Below, in pieces: positions 18,429-27,957 of a stretch of DNA of 64,000 nt. Position numbers and translations under genes: made by a program. The stretch comes from Alphaproteobacteria bacterium (GTDB lineage: Bacteria > Pseudomonadota > Alphaproteobacteria > RF32 > CAG-239). Location of the stretch: positions 9,044 through 73,043 of the forward strand of contig JAFTWG010000001.1 in assembly GCA_017465405.1 (NCBI GenBank), read 5' to 3'. Under the pieces are notes generated by a model. That model ran no database searches, was not told where the DNA came from, and saw nothing but the letters and a program-made list of their open reading frames with translations. Position 1 is the stretch's first letter. The number at the start of each line of letters is the position of its first letter.

Positions 18429-19349
18429 ATGAGTGAAAGCGACGACTTAATCAACAAATTAACAGACGATGTTTCAACTGACGGAAAGTTTGACTTTTCT
18501 TCGTCTTCTTCATCCGAAGATGACTTTAATGCTTTGCTTGATAATTTTATTCAATCAGAATTGGCAAACATTGAAGAGGAAAAAGAAACCACTCGTATTA
18601 TGCTTGATGAACCTAAACCGGAGCCTATTCCCGAAACTGCGAGTGATGAAGAAGTTGCCGATTCTTTAGACTTATCGGAACAAAAACTTTATATGGCATA
18701 TCGCAACTATGTCGAATCCATAGAAGCAATAGCTCGTGAACACGAATTACGAGTTCCGACATTTCATATCAAGGCTCAAACTCTATACCCCAAATACACA
18801 CCGGGACTTGGCAATCTTATCAGTATAGACGTTCTTCAAGGTTGGGACACAATGTTTGAAGCATTTCCTAATGATATTGTAAAGATACAACCTCACGCAT
18901 CAGATGAGGAACTCCTTGATTTTGCCGAACAGCATACCGATGAAAATTTACAGATGGCAGTTGTTTCTTATGTTGAAATTTTGTTTGAAATTGAAGGATG
19001 CGAAATTTCTTACGAAAAACGTATGTTAGAATTTGAGCATAAAAGAATCGAGCAAGAAATTATTGACGAACACCGCCGTAGAGCAGCAAGAGCTCGTAAA
19101 TATATTGATGCTTTGGAAAAGAAAAAATTTCCGATTAATGCCGAAAAACTGATTAACGGTTATTTCAAAGTTGCAAGCAAAGATCCTGAAGGCTCTTTTG
19201 AAGCTTTGACAAATAACCCGGCTATTTTTGCCCCGATTGAAGTGAACAAAATAAAACCTAAATTTTTCGGTTTAATTAAACCCTCTCCTCGTTCAGGTAT
19301 CATTATAAATAAAAAAATCGGAGAGTTTTTGAAAAAGTTTAAAGCATAA
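18429..19349 (+). CDS. hypothetical acidic protein, C-terminus weakly BID-like
   Basis: Long ORF with acidic N-terminus, coiled coil and basic C-terminus. Confidence 0.75.
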   Translation: MSESDDLINKLTDDVSTDGKFDFSSSSSSEDDFNALLDNFIQSELANIEEEKETTRIMLDEPKPEPIPETASDEEVADSLDLSEQKLYMAYRNYVESIEAIAREHELRVPTFHIKAQTLYPKYTPGLGNLISIDVLQGWDTMFEAFPNDIVKIQPHASDEELLDFAEQHTDENLQMAVVSYVEILFEIEGCEISYEKRMLEFEHKRIEQEIIDEHRRRAARARKYIDALEKKKFPINAEKLINGYFKVASKDPEGSFEALTNNPAIFAPIEVNKIKPKFFGLIKPSPRSGIIINKKIGEFLKKFKA

Positions 19350-19372
19350 TTTTGCGAAAATATAGAAAATTA

Positions 19373-19401
19373 TAGACAAAATAACAAAGTCATGATATTA
19401 T
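19373..19401 (+). promoter_or_regulatory. sigma70-like promoter for the VirD4 operon
   Basis: TAGACA-17 nt-TATTAT with TGn extension. Confidence 0.55.
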
Positions 19402-19439
19402 ATAATAAATAAATGTAGGATTTGAAAAGGAATAAGCAA

Positions 19440-21278
19440 ATGGCTGAGAACGATAGAACCACACAAGCTTCTGTACAAACAGAGCCCCCCTCCCCTGTTC
19501 AAACGACTGTGGCTCCAACAAATGTTGCGGATACAGTTCCTCCTCCAAATAATTTGAGTGTATTAACCTCTGATAACAGTGGACGAACAGATACTCGTGA
19601 AGATCCTACAAAAATGGTAGAAAGTGGGATAGAACAGCCACAGGCAGGTGAAAAAGTTGCAACTCCCAAAGCTAGCTCTTTATCTCTTGAAGAATTGCAA
19701 GAGAAACAACGTATGGGTTTGCTGACGCTTGATGAACAAAAAGCTCTAGAAGAAAAACAAAACCAACCCAATGATGGTTCGTTGCGAAAATTACCCGATA
19801 AAGATACAAGTGCTGAAGATCCGAAGAAAAAGGAATTTAAAGAAGGAGATGTTATTGCCTATATGTATGAAAAATGGCTTATTGCCGGAGCTTTGTGGTG
19901 TTCAGAAAAGGCAGAAAAATATTTCAACTACGGTTGCCATAAACTGCGTGAAGCACTAAGAGAGGGAAACGAAGCTAAAAAAGAAGAAATTAAAAAGATT
20001 CGTAGCGGAAAAACATACAAAAATGCAGAAAAAATAGAAGGGCTTTGGGAGAAAAAACACGAAGAAATATTAGCAAAAACACAAAAAACCGAAAAAGACA
20101 TTAATGATATCGGCGCAGCCATCAATGATGGAACTCTTTTTGACGATAACAACAAAGAATTGCTTAAAAAATACGAAAAAATGATTGGAGCCGATACTGA
20201 AGAAGGCAAAAAGAAATTAGAAGCTACCCGTTCGGCTTGCGAAACTCGGAAGGCTAATCCGGAAGATACAAACGCAGCTTTAGGAACAAAGAAAATCGCA
20301 GCAGAATTTGCTCGAGATGCAAAGGTAAATTTAGCATTTGATAATGAAATTGAAGTAGCAGCACTTAATTTGACTGCTGCAAATATGTTGACAAATATTT
20401 CATATCAACCTGATAAATATAAAGATATAGGAAAAAGCTTTGATATGGCATTTGATGCTAACGTTGCCACATTAAGCGGTATATCACAAAAAGACAGAGA
20501 ACACGCATTAGCAACTGTTGCTGATAAGGATAGAATACAGGCAGCAGCACAATATGCTGGAGTTTATGGAGCGGACATTGTAGCCCATACACAAAGACAA
20601 TGGGACAATAATTTCGAAACATTACGGAAAGTAAAAGAAGACTCATTTAATGGTATGCAACATGCTCTTAAAGATATCGGTAATGGACAAACAGCAGAAT
20701 TTGGTAAAGAACCAAATAAAAATGCAAAATTAGAATCCGCAATTAAAAGAGTTAGCGCAAAACAAGAAGTTGTAAACCCTGCACAACACGCTCCCACACA
20801 GCCTGCTCCGGCTAGGGTTGAGCCTGAAACATCTCCTATGGAACCAAAAACATTAGAAGAAGAAGCTATTGTTCAAGCTCAAGCAGATGAGGAGCTTGCT
20901 AAAAAACAACAACAAGTTAGCACTAACCCTAGAGCTGCAGACGTTGCAAGAAGAGAGCAAGACCATAAAGACAAAGGTCAAAAAATTAATCCGAGAATCG
21001 AAGAAATCAAAGCTCGTGCAATGGCTTCCAGACAAGCAAAACAAAGCGGAGTCGAATTTATGGTTGACTCAATGCTTGCAAACGGTAATCTAACGTCGGA
21101 ACAGCAAGAGGCTTTGTTAAACGCTGGTATTGCGGCAGAAAAAAGTGGTAAAGATGGCTCTACAGACCAGATTTTAAATAATATGAGAGAATCCGGACAG
21201 TTCAGTCAAGATCAAATTAAAACTGCTCGAGAAATAAACTATGCTTACGGATTAGCACAAAAGACAGGTAGAGAATAG
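19440..21278 (+). CDS. large hypothetical protein with Pro/Thr-rich disordered and coiled-coil regions
   Basis: 612 aa from the ATG after AAGGAA; no recognisable domain or signal peptide. Confidence 0.8.
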   Translation: MAENDRTTQASVQTEPPSPVQTTVAPTNVADTVPPPNNLSVLTSDNSGRTDTREDPTKMVESGIEQPQAGEKVATPKASSLSLEELQEKQRMGLLTLDEQKALEEKQNQPNDGSLRKLPDKDTSAEDPKKKEFKEGDVIAYMYEKWLIAGALWCSEKAEKYFNYGCHKLREALREGNEAKKEEIKKIRSGKTYKNAEKIEGLWEKKHEEILAKTQKTEKDINDIGAAINDGTLFDDNNKELLKKYEKMIGADTEEGKKKLEATRSACETRKANPEDTNAALGTKKIAAEFARDAKVNLAFDNEIEVAALNLTAANMLTNISYQPDKYKDIGKSFDMAFDANVATLSGISQKDREHALATVADKDRIQAAAQYAGVYGADIVAHTQRQWDNNFETLRKVKEDSFNGMQHALKDIGNGQTAEFGKEPNKNAKLESAIKRVSAKQEVVNPAQHAPTQPAPARVEPETSPMEPKTLEEEAIVQAQADEELAKKQQQVSTNPRAADVARREQDHKDKGQKINPRIEEIKARAMASRQAKQSGVEFMVDSMLANGNLTSEQQEALLNAGIAAEKSGKDGSTDQILNNMRESGQFSQDQIKTAREINYAYGLAQKTGRE

Positions 21279-21793
21279 TGAAAAAAATAAAAAAGTTTAT
21301 TCGTTTCTGTTTTATCGGAGTCGTATGGTCATTCCTTTATTTTGGAATAATTTCATGGCTGATGAAGTTGATATGGAAGTTCGATATTTTCGGCAAAAGA
21401 TATTGGATTAAAATATCTCGTTTTTGGCAAGATGGCGGTGTTATCGACACGGCACAAGAATATTTTTTCGTAATTGCCTTAATTACGATTATTCCTTTGT
21501 GGATATGGGGATGGCGTAAAGCAATGAAAGTATCGATAACTAAAATAATCTTTTTCCCGATATTCTGGTATCACAATTATCAAGAAAAGAAATATGCTCA
21601 ACTTCCGAAATCAATTACTTTGAAAAACATGGGAGCAAAAGTCGGAGCAAAGCAAACTCCTCAACAAATGATGGAAGAAATGATATCCAGCCGTATGCCC
21701 AAGCAAAAAGATAAAAAAGATTTGAATTCAAGCAAAATTCGTAGTAGTTTTGAAGAAAAGAATAAGACTTTTCATGAAAAAGTCGGTAAATAA
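21278..21793 (+). CDS. hypothetical membrane protein, paralog of the N-terminus of the next gene
   Basis: Trp-rich TM segments; shares W.FDI...W...W..VI...E..F...IPLW..GW with the 21806 protein. Confidence 0.75.
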   Translation: MKKIKKFIRFCFIGVVWSFLYFGIISWLMKLIWKFDIFGKRYWIKISRFWQDGGVIDTAQEYFFVIALITIIPLWIWGWRKAMKVSITKIIFFPIFWYHNYQEKKYAQLPKSITLKNMGAKVGAKQTPQQMMEEMISSRMPKQKDKKDLNSSKIRSSFEEKNKTFHEKVGK

Positions 21794-21805
21794 AAATAGG
21801 AGACT

Positions 21806-23212
21806 TTGTTGAAACCCTTACTCATACTTGCCAGAATCATAATTGTCGGTCTGTTATGGAGTGTTTTCTTTATGGAAAGCATTAGGGTTATCATGCTCCG
21901 TAACTGGCATTTTGATATTCTAAATCTGGAACACTGGAATATCGCTTGGAATTTATGGTCCGATTCTTGGGTTATATCAGAACCGAAAGAATGGGCTTTT
22001 GTTCTAATAATCATATCTTTTATTCCTTTGTGGTTTACAGGCTGGATTGCTTTGAGTATGGTTTCTTGGGGTAAAATGATATGGTTTGTGATAACCTTGC
22101 CATGGAGATTGTTCAAAACATTGTTCTATAAACCGGTAAAAATTATTGCAACTAATACCGGTGTTACTCCGATACGGAAAAAACGTTCATATAAAGAAAT
22201 TCGCCCCAGAGCAATCAGAAGCACTACTACAACATACACAGACCAAATTGAATCGGAACCGCAACAGATATTATCTGTACCGGCTCTTCCGCAAATTGTT
22301 ATTCCGCCATCAACTAACTCTGCAAACAAACCTGCAACACAAAAATTTGATCATGCTCTGTTCAAATTTGATGATGATGTTGATGATTTAGATTTTGATA
22401 TAGATGCTTTTGATGTTACTCCTGCTCCTAAACCGCAAGAGAACAATCGACGCAGAGAAAGATTAGATTACGATGAAGACGAGGCTCCGGCGCGTCCACG
22501 CAGCAAACCTCAAAATAGAGAACGCGACCATGACAGAGACAACGACAGACGTAACAGAAATGACAGAGATGTGTCTCGTCGCGAAAGACAAGACAGAAAT
22601 GAAAAATCATCAAGAAATGAACGTTCTGAACGAACAGAGAGACCAAATAGAGATTTTGAACGTCGCATAAAAGAAGATTTCAATAACAAAGAAAAACCGA
22701 CCACAAAACAACCGAGCGGTTCTTGTGTTGATATAATTAAGCAAAAAGGTTATGAAGTAATCAGCAGAGTTACCGTTAAAAATACTATTATTGATTATGT
22801 CGGGGTTTGTGCAAATAAATTGTGCCTGTGTATGCTTGACAGAGAACCGGGAGATTGGTTGGCTGATGAGGAACGTTTCAACGATGAAGAACCTCTATGG
22901 TTTTCTGAAAATTCACACCGAGTTTCTCCGGTTCGTAAAATTGACATAGCCAAAAGAATGATTGCAGATCGTCTGGAATCTGCTAATATAAAACTTGATA
23001 TAGAAGCATTTGTAATTATCCAAATCGGCAATATTATAAATGCTGAAGATATGTTTGAAATATGGGATTCTCTTGATATTCACGTAACCAGAATCGACAG
23101 AGGAACACCCAAAGAAATAAAACTGTTTGCCCGTACATTGCCTGATGCCGAAAAACCAATAGCTCCGGGTAAACTTGATAAACTTATTAATATAATGCGT
23201 AATATGGGATAA
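21806..23212 (+). CDS. membrane protein with charged linker and C-terminal NERD-like domain
   Basis: N-terminal TM module, R/D/E/N-rich linker, then IDYVGV...G.W...W...SP as in NERD-type PD-(D/E)XK folds. Confidence 0.65.
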   Translation: MLKPLLILARIIIVGLLWSVFFMESIRVIMLRNWHFDILNLEHWNIAWNLWSDSWVISEPKEWAFVLIIISFIPLWFTGWIALSMVSWGKMIWFVITLPWRLFKTLFYKPVKIIATNTGVTPIRKKRSYKEIRPRAIRSTTTTYTDQIESEPQQILSVPALPQIVIPPSTNSANKPATQKFDHALFKFDDDVDDLDFDIDAFDVTPAPKPQENNRRRERLDYDEDEAPARPRSKPQNRERDHDRDNDRRNRNDRDVSRRERQDRNEKSSRNERSERTERPNRDFERRIKEDFNNKEKPTTKQPSGSCVDIIKQKGYEVISRVTVKNTIIDYVGVCANKLCLCMLDREPGDWLADEERFNDEEPLWFSENSHRVSPVRKIDIAKRMIADRLESANIKLDIEAFVIIQIGNIINAEDMFEIWDSLDIHVTRIDRGTPKEIKLFARTLPDAEKPIAPGKLDKLINIMRNMG

Positions 23213-23218
23213 CATAAA

Positions 23219-25402
23219 ATGGGATTGCAAAAACGCGGAGAAGAATGGGAAGAATATGATCACGCGGTGCAATGGATGTCATTGACCGTAATCATTACTC
23301 TTGTAGCAACAATAGTTCTGGCAGCAATATCAATGCCTTTGGGCTATCTTATCGGCAATGGTGTTTCAAAAGAATCTATTGAAACCGTGGGCAAATTTAT
23401 GACCACTATTTTAAATGACCCCGGTTACTTATTTAAACAATACGGACGTTGGTTTAATCAAATATCTAACAGTCGCGGCGGTTTCAGTTTGGGATTGTGG
23501 CTACCGATTCTTCCAATATTAACCCTCCCCATAGGTTTAATAGTCGGAGCAATGAGTAACCCTTATCGTTTCCAATCCAATATTCACGGTTCAGGACGTT
23601 TGGCAACCTTAAAAGATATTAAAGCAATGAAATTGCTTGATGGTTTTTGCATGGTTGTCGGTAAGTATAAAGGTTATTACTTAAAACTTCCTGAAACATT
23701 ATCTACTCTATGTTGTGCACCTCCGGGAACAGGTAAAACCGTTGGAGTGGTTATTCCGACTATCTTTAACTCTAAAGGTATGAGTTTGGTTATTAACGAC
23801 CCGAAACCTGAATTATGTTACAGCACATCAGGAGCCAGAGCAAAAGAAGGTCCGGTATTCATTATTAACTGGGGTGCAGAAGACAAACCGGAACAAGGTT
23901 TATATTACCCGAGTTGGAATCCTCTTTCTCCAACCGCTTTGCCTGTTGCAGGTCCGGCTCGTGATATGTATATCGATTCTATGTGTAACATCTTGGTTGA
24001 AGATCCTAAAGGTGGTGCCGATCCTCACTGGTCTCAAACCGGTCGTGCGGCATTAACCGGATTTATTCACTTTATTTCTTCAAAATGCGAAAAAGCACGT
24101 GCAAATGACTATTTTATCGGACGTGTTTATGAAGGCAAACTCGATGCCGAAGACAAGCAGGTTCTTGAAGGATACTATGAAGAAATTAAAATGCATAACC
24201 CAGCCGCAGTAAGAGCTGTAGCAGATTTACGCAATAATAATCTTACGGTGGAAAACTATGTGCCTATCGGAACATGGGACTTATTACCGGAAAAATGGGT
24301 AGGTAGAGAACCCTGTATCGCTATGATTATGGAATGGTTAACCGAAGCTCAAATCAAACAAGGTCGTGAAATTCGTCGCCGTCTTGACGAAGGAGACCAA
24401 ATGGCGGCAATGGCTGATCCGATGCGTGATTTGCTCGAAGCTGCTATTGATGAAGCTAGAAAATATGGTTATACCCAACGTGCATATACCGAATTATCTT
24501 CATTAAGTAATATGCCGGATAAAGAACGCGGTTCCGTTATGTCCACAGCCTTTGCCGGTATCGGTGTGTTCAAAAACTCGGCAGTTGTAGCCAGAACCAG
24601 TTTTTCTGACTTGCAATTTAAAGATTTACGCGGAATGAAAGATCCTATTACCGGTGAATGGAAACCTATTTCGGTATATTTGTCAGTTAACCAAGTTGAT
24701 GCTCGTGCATTGGGTGTGATTAATGGTATTTTCATTGAATTGATGTCTTCATACCTTATTTCAAATCCGCCGAATTTTGTTAATGCCTCCGACGGTAAAA
24801 TGGGACCTTTCCCCTGTATGTTCGTATTGGACGAGTTTCCGCAAATGCCAAAACTTAAAGCGGTTATTGACGGACCGGCAGTGGGACGTGGTCAAAAAGT
24901 GTCGTATTTGCTTATCGGACAAGACTTGGGCCAAATCTCCGGTAAATATGGTAAAGATGACTTGGAAACAGTTATTTCTACCACTGCATGTAAAGTTATT
25001 TTGTCACAAAACAACGAGCAAACCGCTCAACGTTTCTCTAAAATGGTGGGCAATAAAACCGTTCAAACCTCATCTTACTCAAAACAAGAAGGTTTTGCTA
25101 ATAAGGGTGCAAATCCGTTTGCTAAAAACACTACATACTCATTGCAGGGTGTTTCGGTTATTACTGCTTCTCAACTATTGAGCTTGCCACAGTTAAAACA
25201 AGTTGTTTTGATGCAAAGTAATATCGATCACCCGATTATGGCCGATTCACCTCGTTGGTACTTAGATGCCAGAATGAAGGCTATGGCAAAACTTCCACCT
25301 GCTCCGAATGTTCCGGAATGGATTGTTGCCCAACGTGAAGACGTTAATGACAATATGATGGAAAAGCTTGGGCTTGGCGAAGATGATAGTCAGGCTTCAT
25401 AA
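23219..25402 (+). CDS. virD4: type IV secretion coupling protein, VirD4/TraG family
   Basis: N-terminal TMs, HGSGR.A, Walker A APPGTGKT, VIP, NDPKPE, WNPL, Walker B MFVLDEF, Q...Q....YG. Confidence 0.9.
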   Translation: MGLQKRGEEWEEYDHAVQWMSLTVIITLVATIVLAAISMPLGYLIGNGVSKESIETVGKFMTTILNDPGYLFKQYGRWFNQISNSRGGFSLGLWLPILPILTLPIGLIVGAMSNPYRFQSNIHGSGRLATLKDIKAMKLLDGFCMVVGKYKGYYLKLPETLSTLCCAPPGTGKTVGVVIPTIFNSKGMSLVINDPKPELCYSTSGARAKEGPVFIINWGAEDKPEQGLYYPSWNPLSPTALPVAGPARDMYIDSMCNILVEDPKGGADPHWSQTGRAALTGFIHFISSKCEKARANDYFIGRVYEGKLDAEDKQVLEGYYEEIKMHNPAAVRAVADLRNNNLTVENYVPIGTWDLLPEKWVGREPCIAMIMEWLTEAQIKQGREIRRRLDEGDQMAAMADPMRDLLEAAIDEARKYGYTQRAYTELSSLSNMPDKERGSVMSTAFAGIGVFKNSAVVARTSFSDLQFKDLRGMKDPITGEWKPISVYLSVNQVDARALGVINGIFIELMSSYLISNPPNFVNASDGKMGPFPCMFVLDEFPQMPKLKAVIDGPAVGRGQKVSYLLIGQDLGQISGKYGKDDLETVISTTACKVILSQNNEQTAQRFSKMVGNKTVQTSSYSKQEGFANKGANPFAKNTTYSLQGVSVITASQLLSLPQLKQVVLMQSNIDHPIMADSPRWYLDARMKAMAKLPPAPNVPEWIVAQREDVNDNMMEKLGLGEDDSQAS

Positions 25403-25404
25403 AG

Positions 25405-25686
25405 TTAATAATAAATATTTTTCAACAAATCCAACATCTTAATACATTTTGGATTGGTCAATGAATAATATACAGATTGAGCAATACGGCGGGTAGATAC
25501 TATATCCGCCGCTCTTAGTACCGCCAGATGTTGCGATAAGGCAGACTGGCTTATGCCCATGATTTTTTCCAATTCACCGACATTTTTTTCACCATTTTGC
25601 AAATTACAAACTATTTCCAACCGTTTTGCATTTCCGAGAGCCTTTAGCATTTCAGCACTTTTTTCAAATTTATTTAAATTTTCCAT
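25405..25686 (-). CDS. ArsR/SmtB-family transcriptional regulator
   Basis: LKALGN..RL.I, SQSALSQHLAVLR, RR.AQ..YY motifs; true start MENLNK. Confidence 0.9.
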   Translation of the reverse strand: MENLNKFEKSAEMLKALGNAKRLEIVCNLQNGEKNVGELEKIMGISQSALSQHLAVLRAADIVSTRRIAQSVYYSLTNPKCIKMLDLLKNIYY

Positions 25687-25798
25687 CCCTAAAATCTCCG
25701 TCAAATTAACAATTAGACATTTATAAAATAGACATTGATATTGAAATTTAAAGATTATGACCGTAATATATTTAAAAAAATTTTGGAGAATTATATAA

Positions 25799-26050
25799 AT
25801 GTCTGATGAAATAATCGAAAATTTGAGTTTTGAAGAAGCTCTAACCCGTTTAGAATCCTTGGTTAGAGAACTGGAAGCCGGAAAGATAAAACTTGATGAT
25901 GCCGTATCGGCATATGAACAAGCGGTAATCTTAAAAAAATTCTGCGAAAACAAATTAAATGAAGCAAAATTAAAAATCGAAAAAATAGAAACAGCTTCAA
26001 ACGGCAATCTGTCTTTAACCCCTTTAGATAAAATTGAAAATAATGAATAA
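25799..26050 (+). CDS. xseB: exodeoxyribonuclease VII small subunit
   Basis: LSFEEAL.RLE...LE.G...LD...YE...L...C...L..A. Confidence 0.95.
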   Translation: MSDEIIENLSFEEALTRLESLVRELEAGKIKLDDAVSAYEQAVILKKFCENKLNEAKLKIEKIETASNGNLSLTPLDKIENNE

Positions 26051-26945
26051 AATAGAAGAAATATTAAAAGAATTCTCTAATCGCTTTAATCAGGAAGTAA
26101 ACAATTTCTTTTATTTTCCTGAAGGATATGAGCGTCGTGTAGTTGATGCAATGTATTATTCAATGACCCGCGGAGGAAAAAAATTACGCCCGTTTTTGGT
26201 ATGTGAAACAGCTCGTATGTTTGGAGTAAACTTTACTCAATCACTAAATGTGGCAATGGCCCTTGAGATGCTACATACATACTCGCTTATTCACGATGAC
26301 TTACCGGCCATGGATAATGATGACATCAGACGGGGATTTCCTACTTGTCATAAAAAGTTTGATGAAGCTACAGCCATAATTGCCGGAGACGGATTACTTA
26401 CTTATGCCTTTGAAATTATGAGCTATCCGCAAACTTCACCTGATGCCGGCATTCGCTGTAAATTGATTGAGATGTTAGCAAGAGCTGCCGGAGCTTTTGA
26501 TGGAATGGTAGCCGGGCAAATGCTTGATTTGATTGCTTCAACTTATGCAGCTAAAAGAGAAAATGCCGAAACAATAATTAAACATATTGAAGAAATGAAA
26601 ACAGGTCGTTTGTTGCGTTATGCTGTTGAAGCCGGTGCAGTTTTAGGAAATGCCAATGCAGAACAAATGGCAGCACTAATCAACTATTCACGCAAAATCG
26701 GTATTGCATTTCAAATTGCAGATGATATCCTGGATGAAACAGGAGACGAAAATATCGTCGGTAAAACTTTGCGAAAAGATTTAGAACAGAATAAAATTAC
26801 TTTTGTCAGTCTGTACGGACTGGATATGGCTCGAAAAATTGCCAGAGAGCTTATTGCCGGAGCAGAAGAAGACCTGCATATTTTTGGAGAAAAGGCTGAT
26901 AACTTAAAAGCTCTTGCACGCTATATTATTGAACGTAATCACTAA
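26043..26945 (+). CDS. ispA: farnesyl/geranylgeranyl diphosphate synthase
   Basis: GGKKLRP, SLIHDDLPAMD, RRG.PT.H, GQ..D, FQIADDILD motifs. Confidence 0.93.
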   Translation: MNKIEEILKEFSNRFNQEVNNFFYFPEGYERRVVDAMYYSMTRGGKKLRPFLVCETARMFGVNFTQSLNVAMALEMLHTYSLIHDDLPAMDNDDIRRGFPTCHKKFDEATAIIAGDGLLTYAFEIMSYPQTSPDAGIRCKLIEMLARAAGAFDGMVAGQMLDLIASTYAAKRENAETIIKHIEEMKTGRLLRYAVEAGAVLGNANAEQMAALINYSRKIGIAFQIADDILDETGDENIVGKTLRKDLEQNKITFVSLYGLDMARKIARELIAGAEEDLHIFGEKADNLKALARYIIERNH

Positions 26946-26956
26946 TGGAGGATACA

Positions 26957-27895
26957 ATGAAAAATTTATGGAAAATACTTTTACTTATAATCATAATTGT
27001 TCTTCCCTGTACACAAGCTGCATCACAAGTGCAATTCGGTGTACCTAAAAAAATGTCAAATTCAATTTTAAGAATAAGCAGTTTTTATGATTACTATCCG
27101 TTAGGTAGTACCGCAAGTGGAAGATACGAGGGTTTATTAGATACATTTTTAAAAGATTTTCAAACTTTCGCTAATTTCTCTGCTGAAATGTATCGTGGTC
27201 AAGATTATGAAGAAACAATTCGTACCGGTGCAAAAGGACGATCAGACATAATTCTCGGAATGTACTCCGATACCAGTATATATGGTGATTTAAAATTTAT
27301 TTATCCTGCCGCAATAGACAATCCCGTTCACTTGGTAATGCTTCCTTCAAAAATAGGTAAAATAAAAAAAATATCCGATTTAAAAAATATGAAAGGTGCT
27401 ATTGACAGTCGCGAATATTGGAGTGATTTTGTCAGAGACCAAATGCAAAATTTCAATTTAGAAAAGATTGATAATTCTTATGATTTATACGGCAAACTTT
27501 TAAAAGGAGAAATTGATTATATATTTACCACCTACTGGTTCGGCTCAATTGAAATGATGAAGTTAGGCGTCAGAGATTTAGTTACAATCTCCAAAAAAAG
27601 CATATGGACAATGCCGGTTTTCATAGGAATATCAAAAATTTCCATGGAACGAGATTATCTTTCACACAATCTGACCCAGTGGCTATCTCGTCCGGAAGTT
27701 AGAGAAAAAATTAAAAATCGAGCTATTGAAATTTTGCAAAAAGTTGAGGAAGAAACCAGAGGAACAGTCCCTCCGTCATATATTTTAGAACAGCCAGAAG
27801 AAGAGAAAAAATCACCTGTTCAAGAAAAAACAGAACCTTTGATTTCATCTTCTCCGCTTTTGGGCGGTCCGCTTTTAAATAATACGAATAACTGA
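26957..27895 (+). CDS. periplasmic solute-binding protein (family 3-like)
   Basis: Signal peptide, YYPL, DL....GA, L..GEIDY pattern. Confidence 0.6.
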   Translation: MKNLWKILLLIIIIVLPCTQAASQVQFGVPKKMSNSILRISSFYDYYPLGSTASGRYEGLLDTFLKDFQTFANFSAEMYRGQDYEETIRTGAKGRSDIILGMYSDTSIYGDLKFIYPAAIDNPVHLVMLPSKIGKIKKISDLKNMKGAIDSREYWSDFVRDQMQNFNLEKIDNSYDLYGKLLKGEIDYIFTTYWFGSIEMMKLGVRDLVTISKKSIWTMPVFIGISKISMERDYLSHNLTQWLSRPEVREKIKNRAIEILQKVEEETRGTVPPSYILEQPEEEKKSPVQEKTEPLISSSPLLGGPLLNNTNN

Positions 27896-27896
27896 C

Positions 27897-27925
27897 TTGA
27901 CCTATTACAAACAAATTGGTAGATT
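27897..27925 (+). promoter_or_regulatory. sigma70-like promoter for fzlA
   Basis: TTGACC-17 nt-TAGATT with TGn extension. Confidence 0.55.
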
Positions 27926-27957
27926 ATGAATATAAATTAATTGTGGGGGTAATACAT

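Noticed and set aside
22420-22700. Repetitive-looking DNA (GACAGA/AGAAAT units) and overlapping antisense ORFs
   Set aside because: This is the low-complexity R/D/E/N linker of the 21806 protein; there is no fixed-length repeat-spacer pattern, so it is not a CRISPR array or tandem repeat
25714-25736. Direct repeat TAGACATT x2 between arsR and xseB
   Set aside because: Short and AT-rich; could be overlapping -35 boxes; not enough to call an operator
25687-26007. 200-aa version of the ArsR ORF overlapping xseB antisense
   Set aside because: The extension is a shadow of xseB; the ArsR domain begins at MENLNK (25686)
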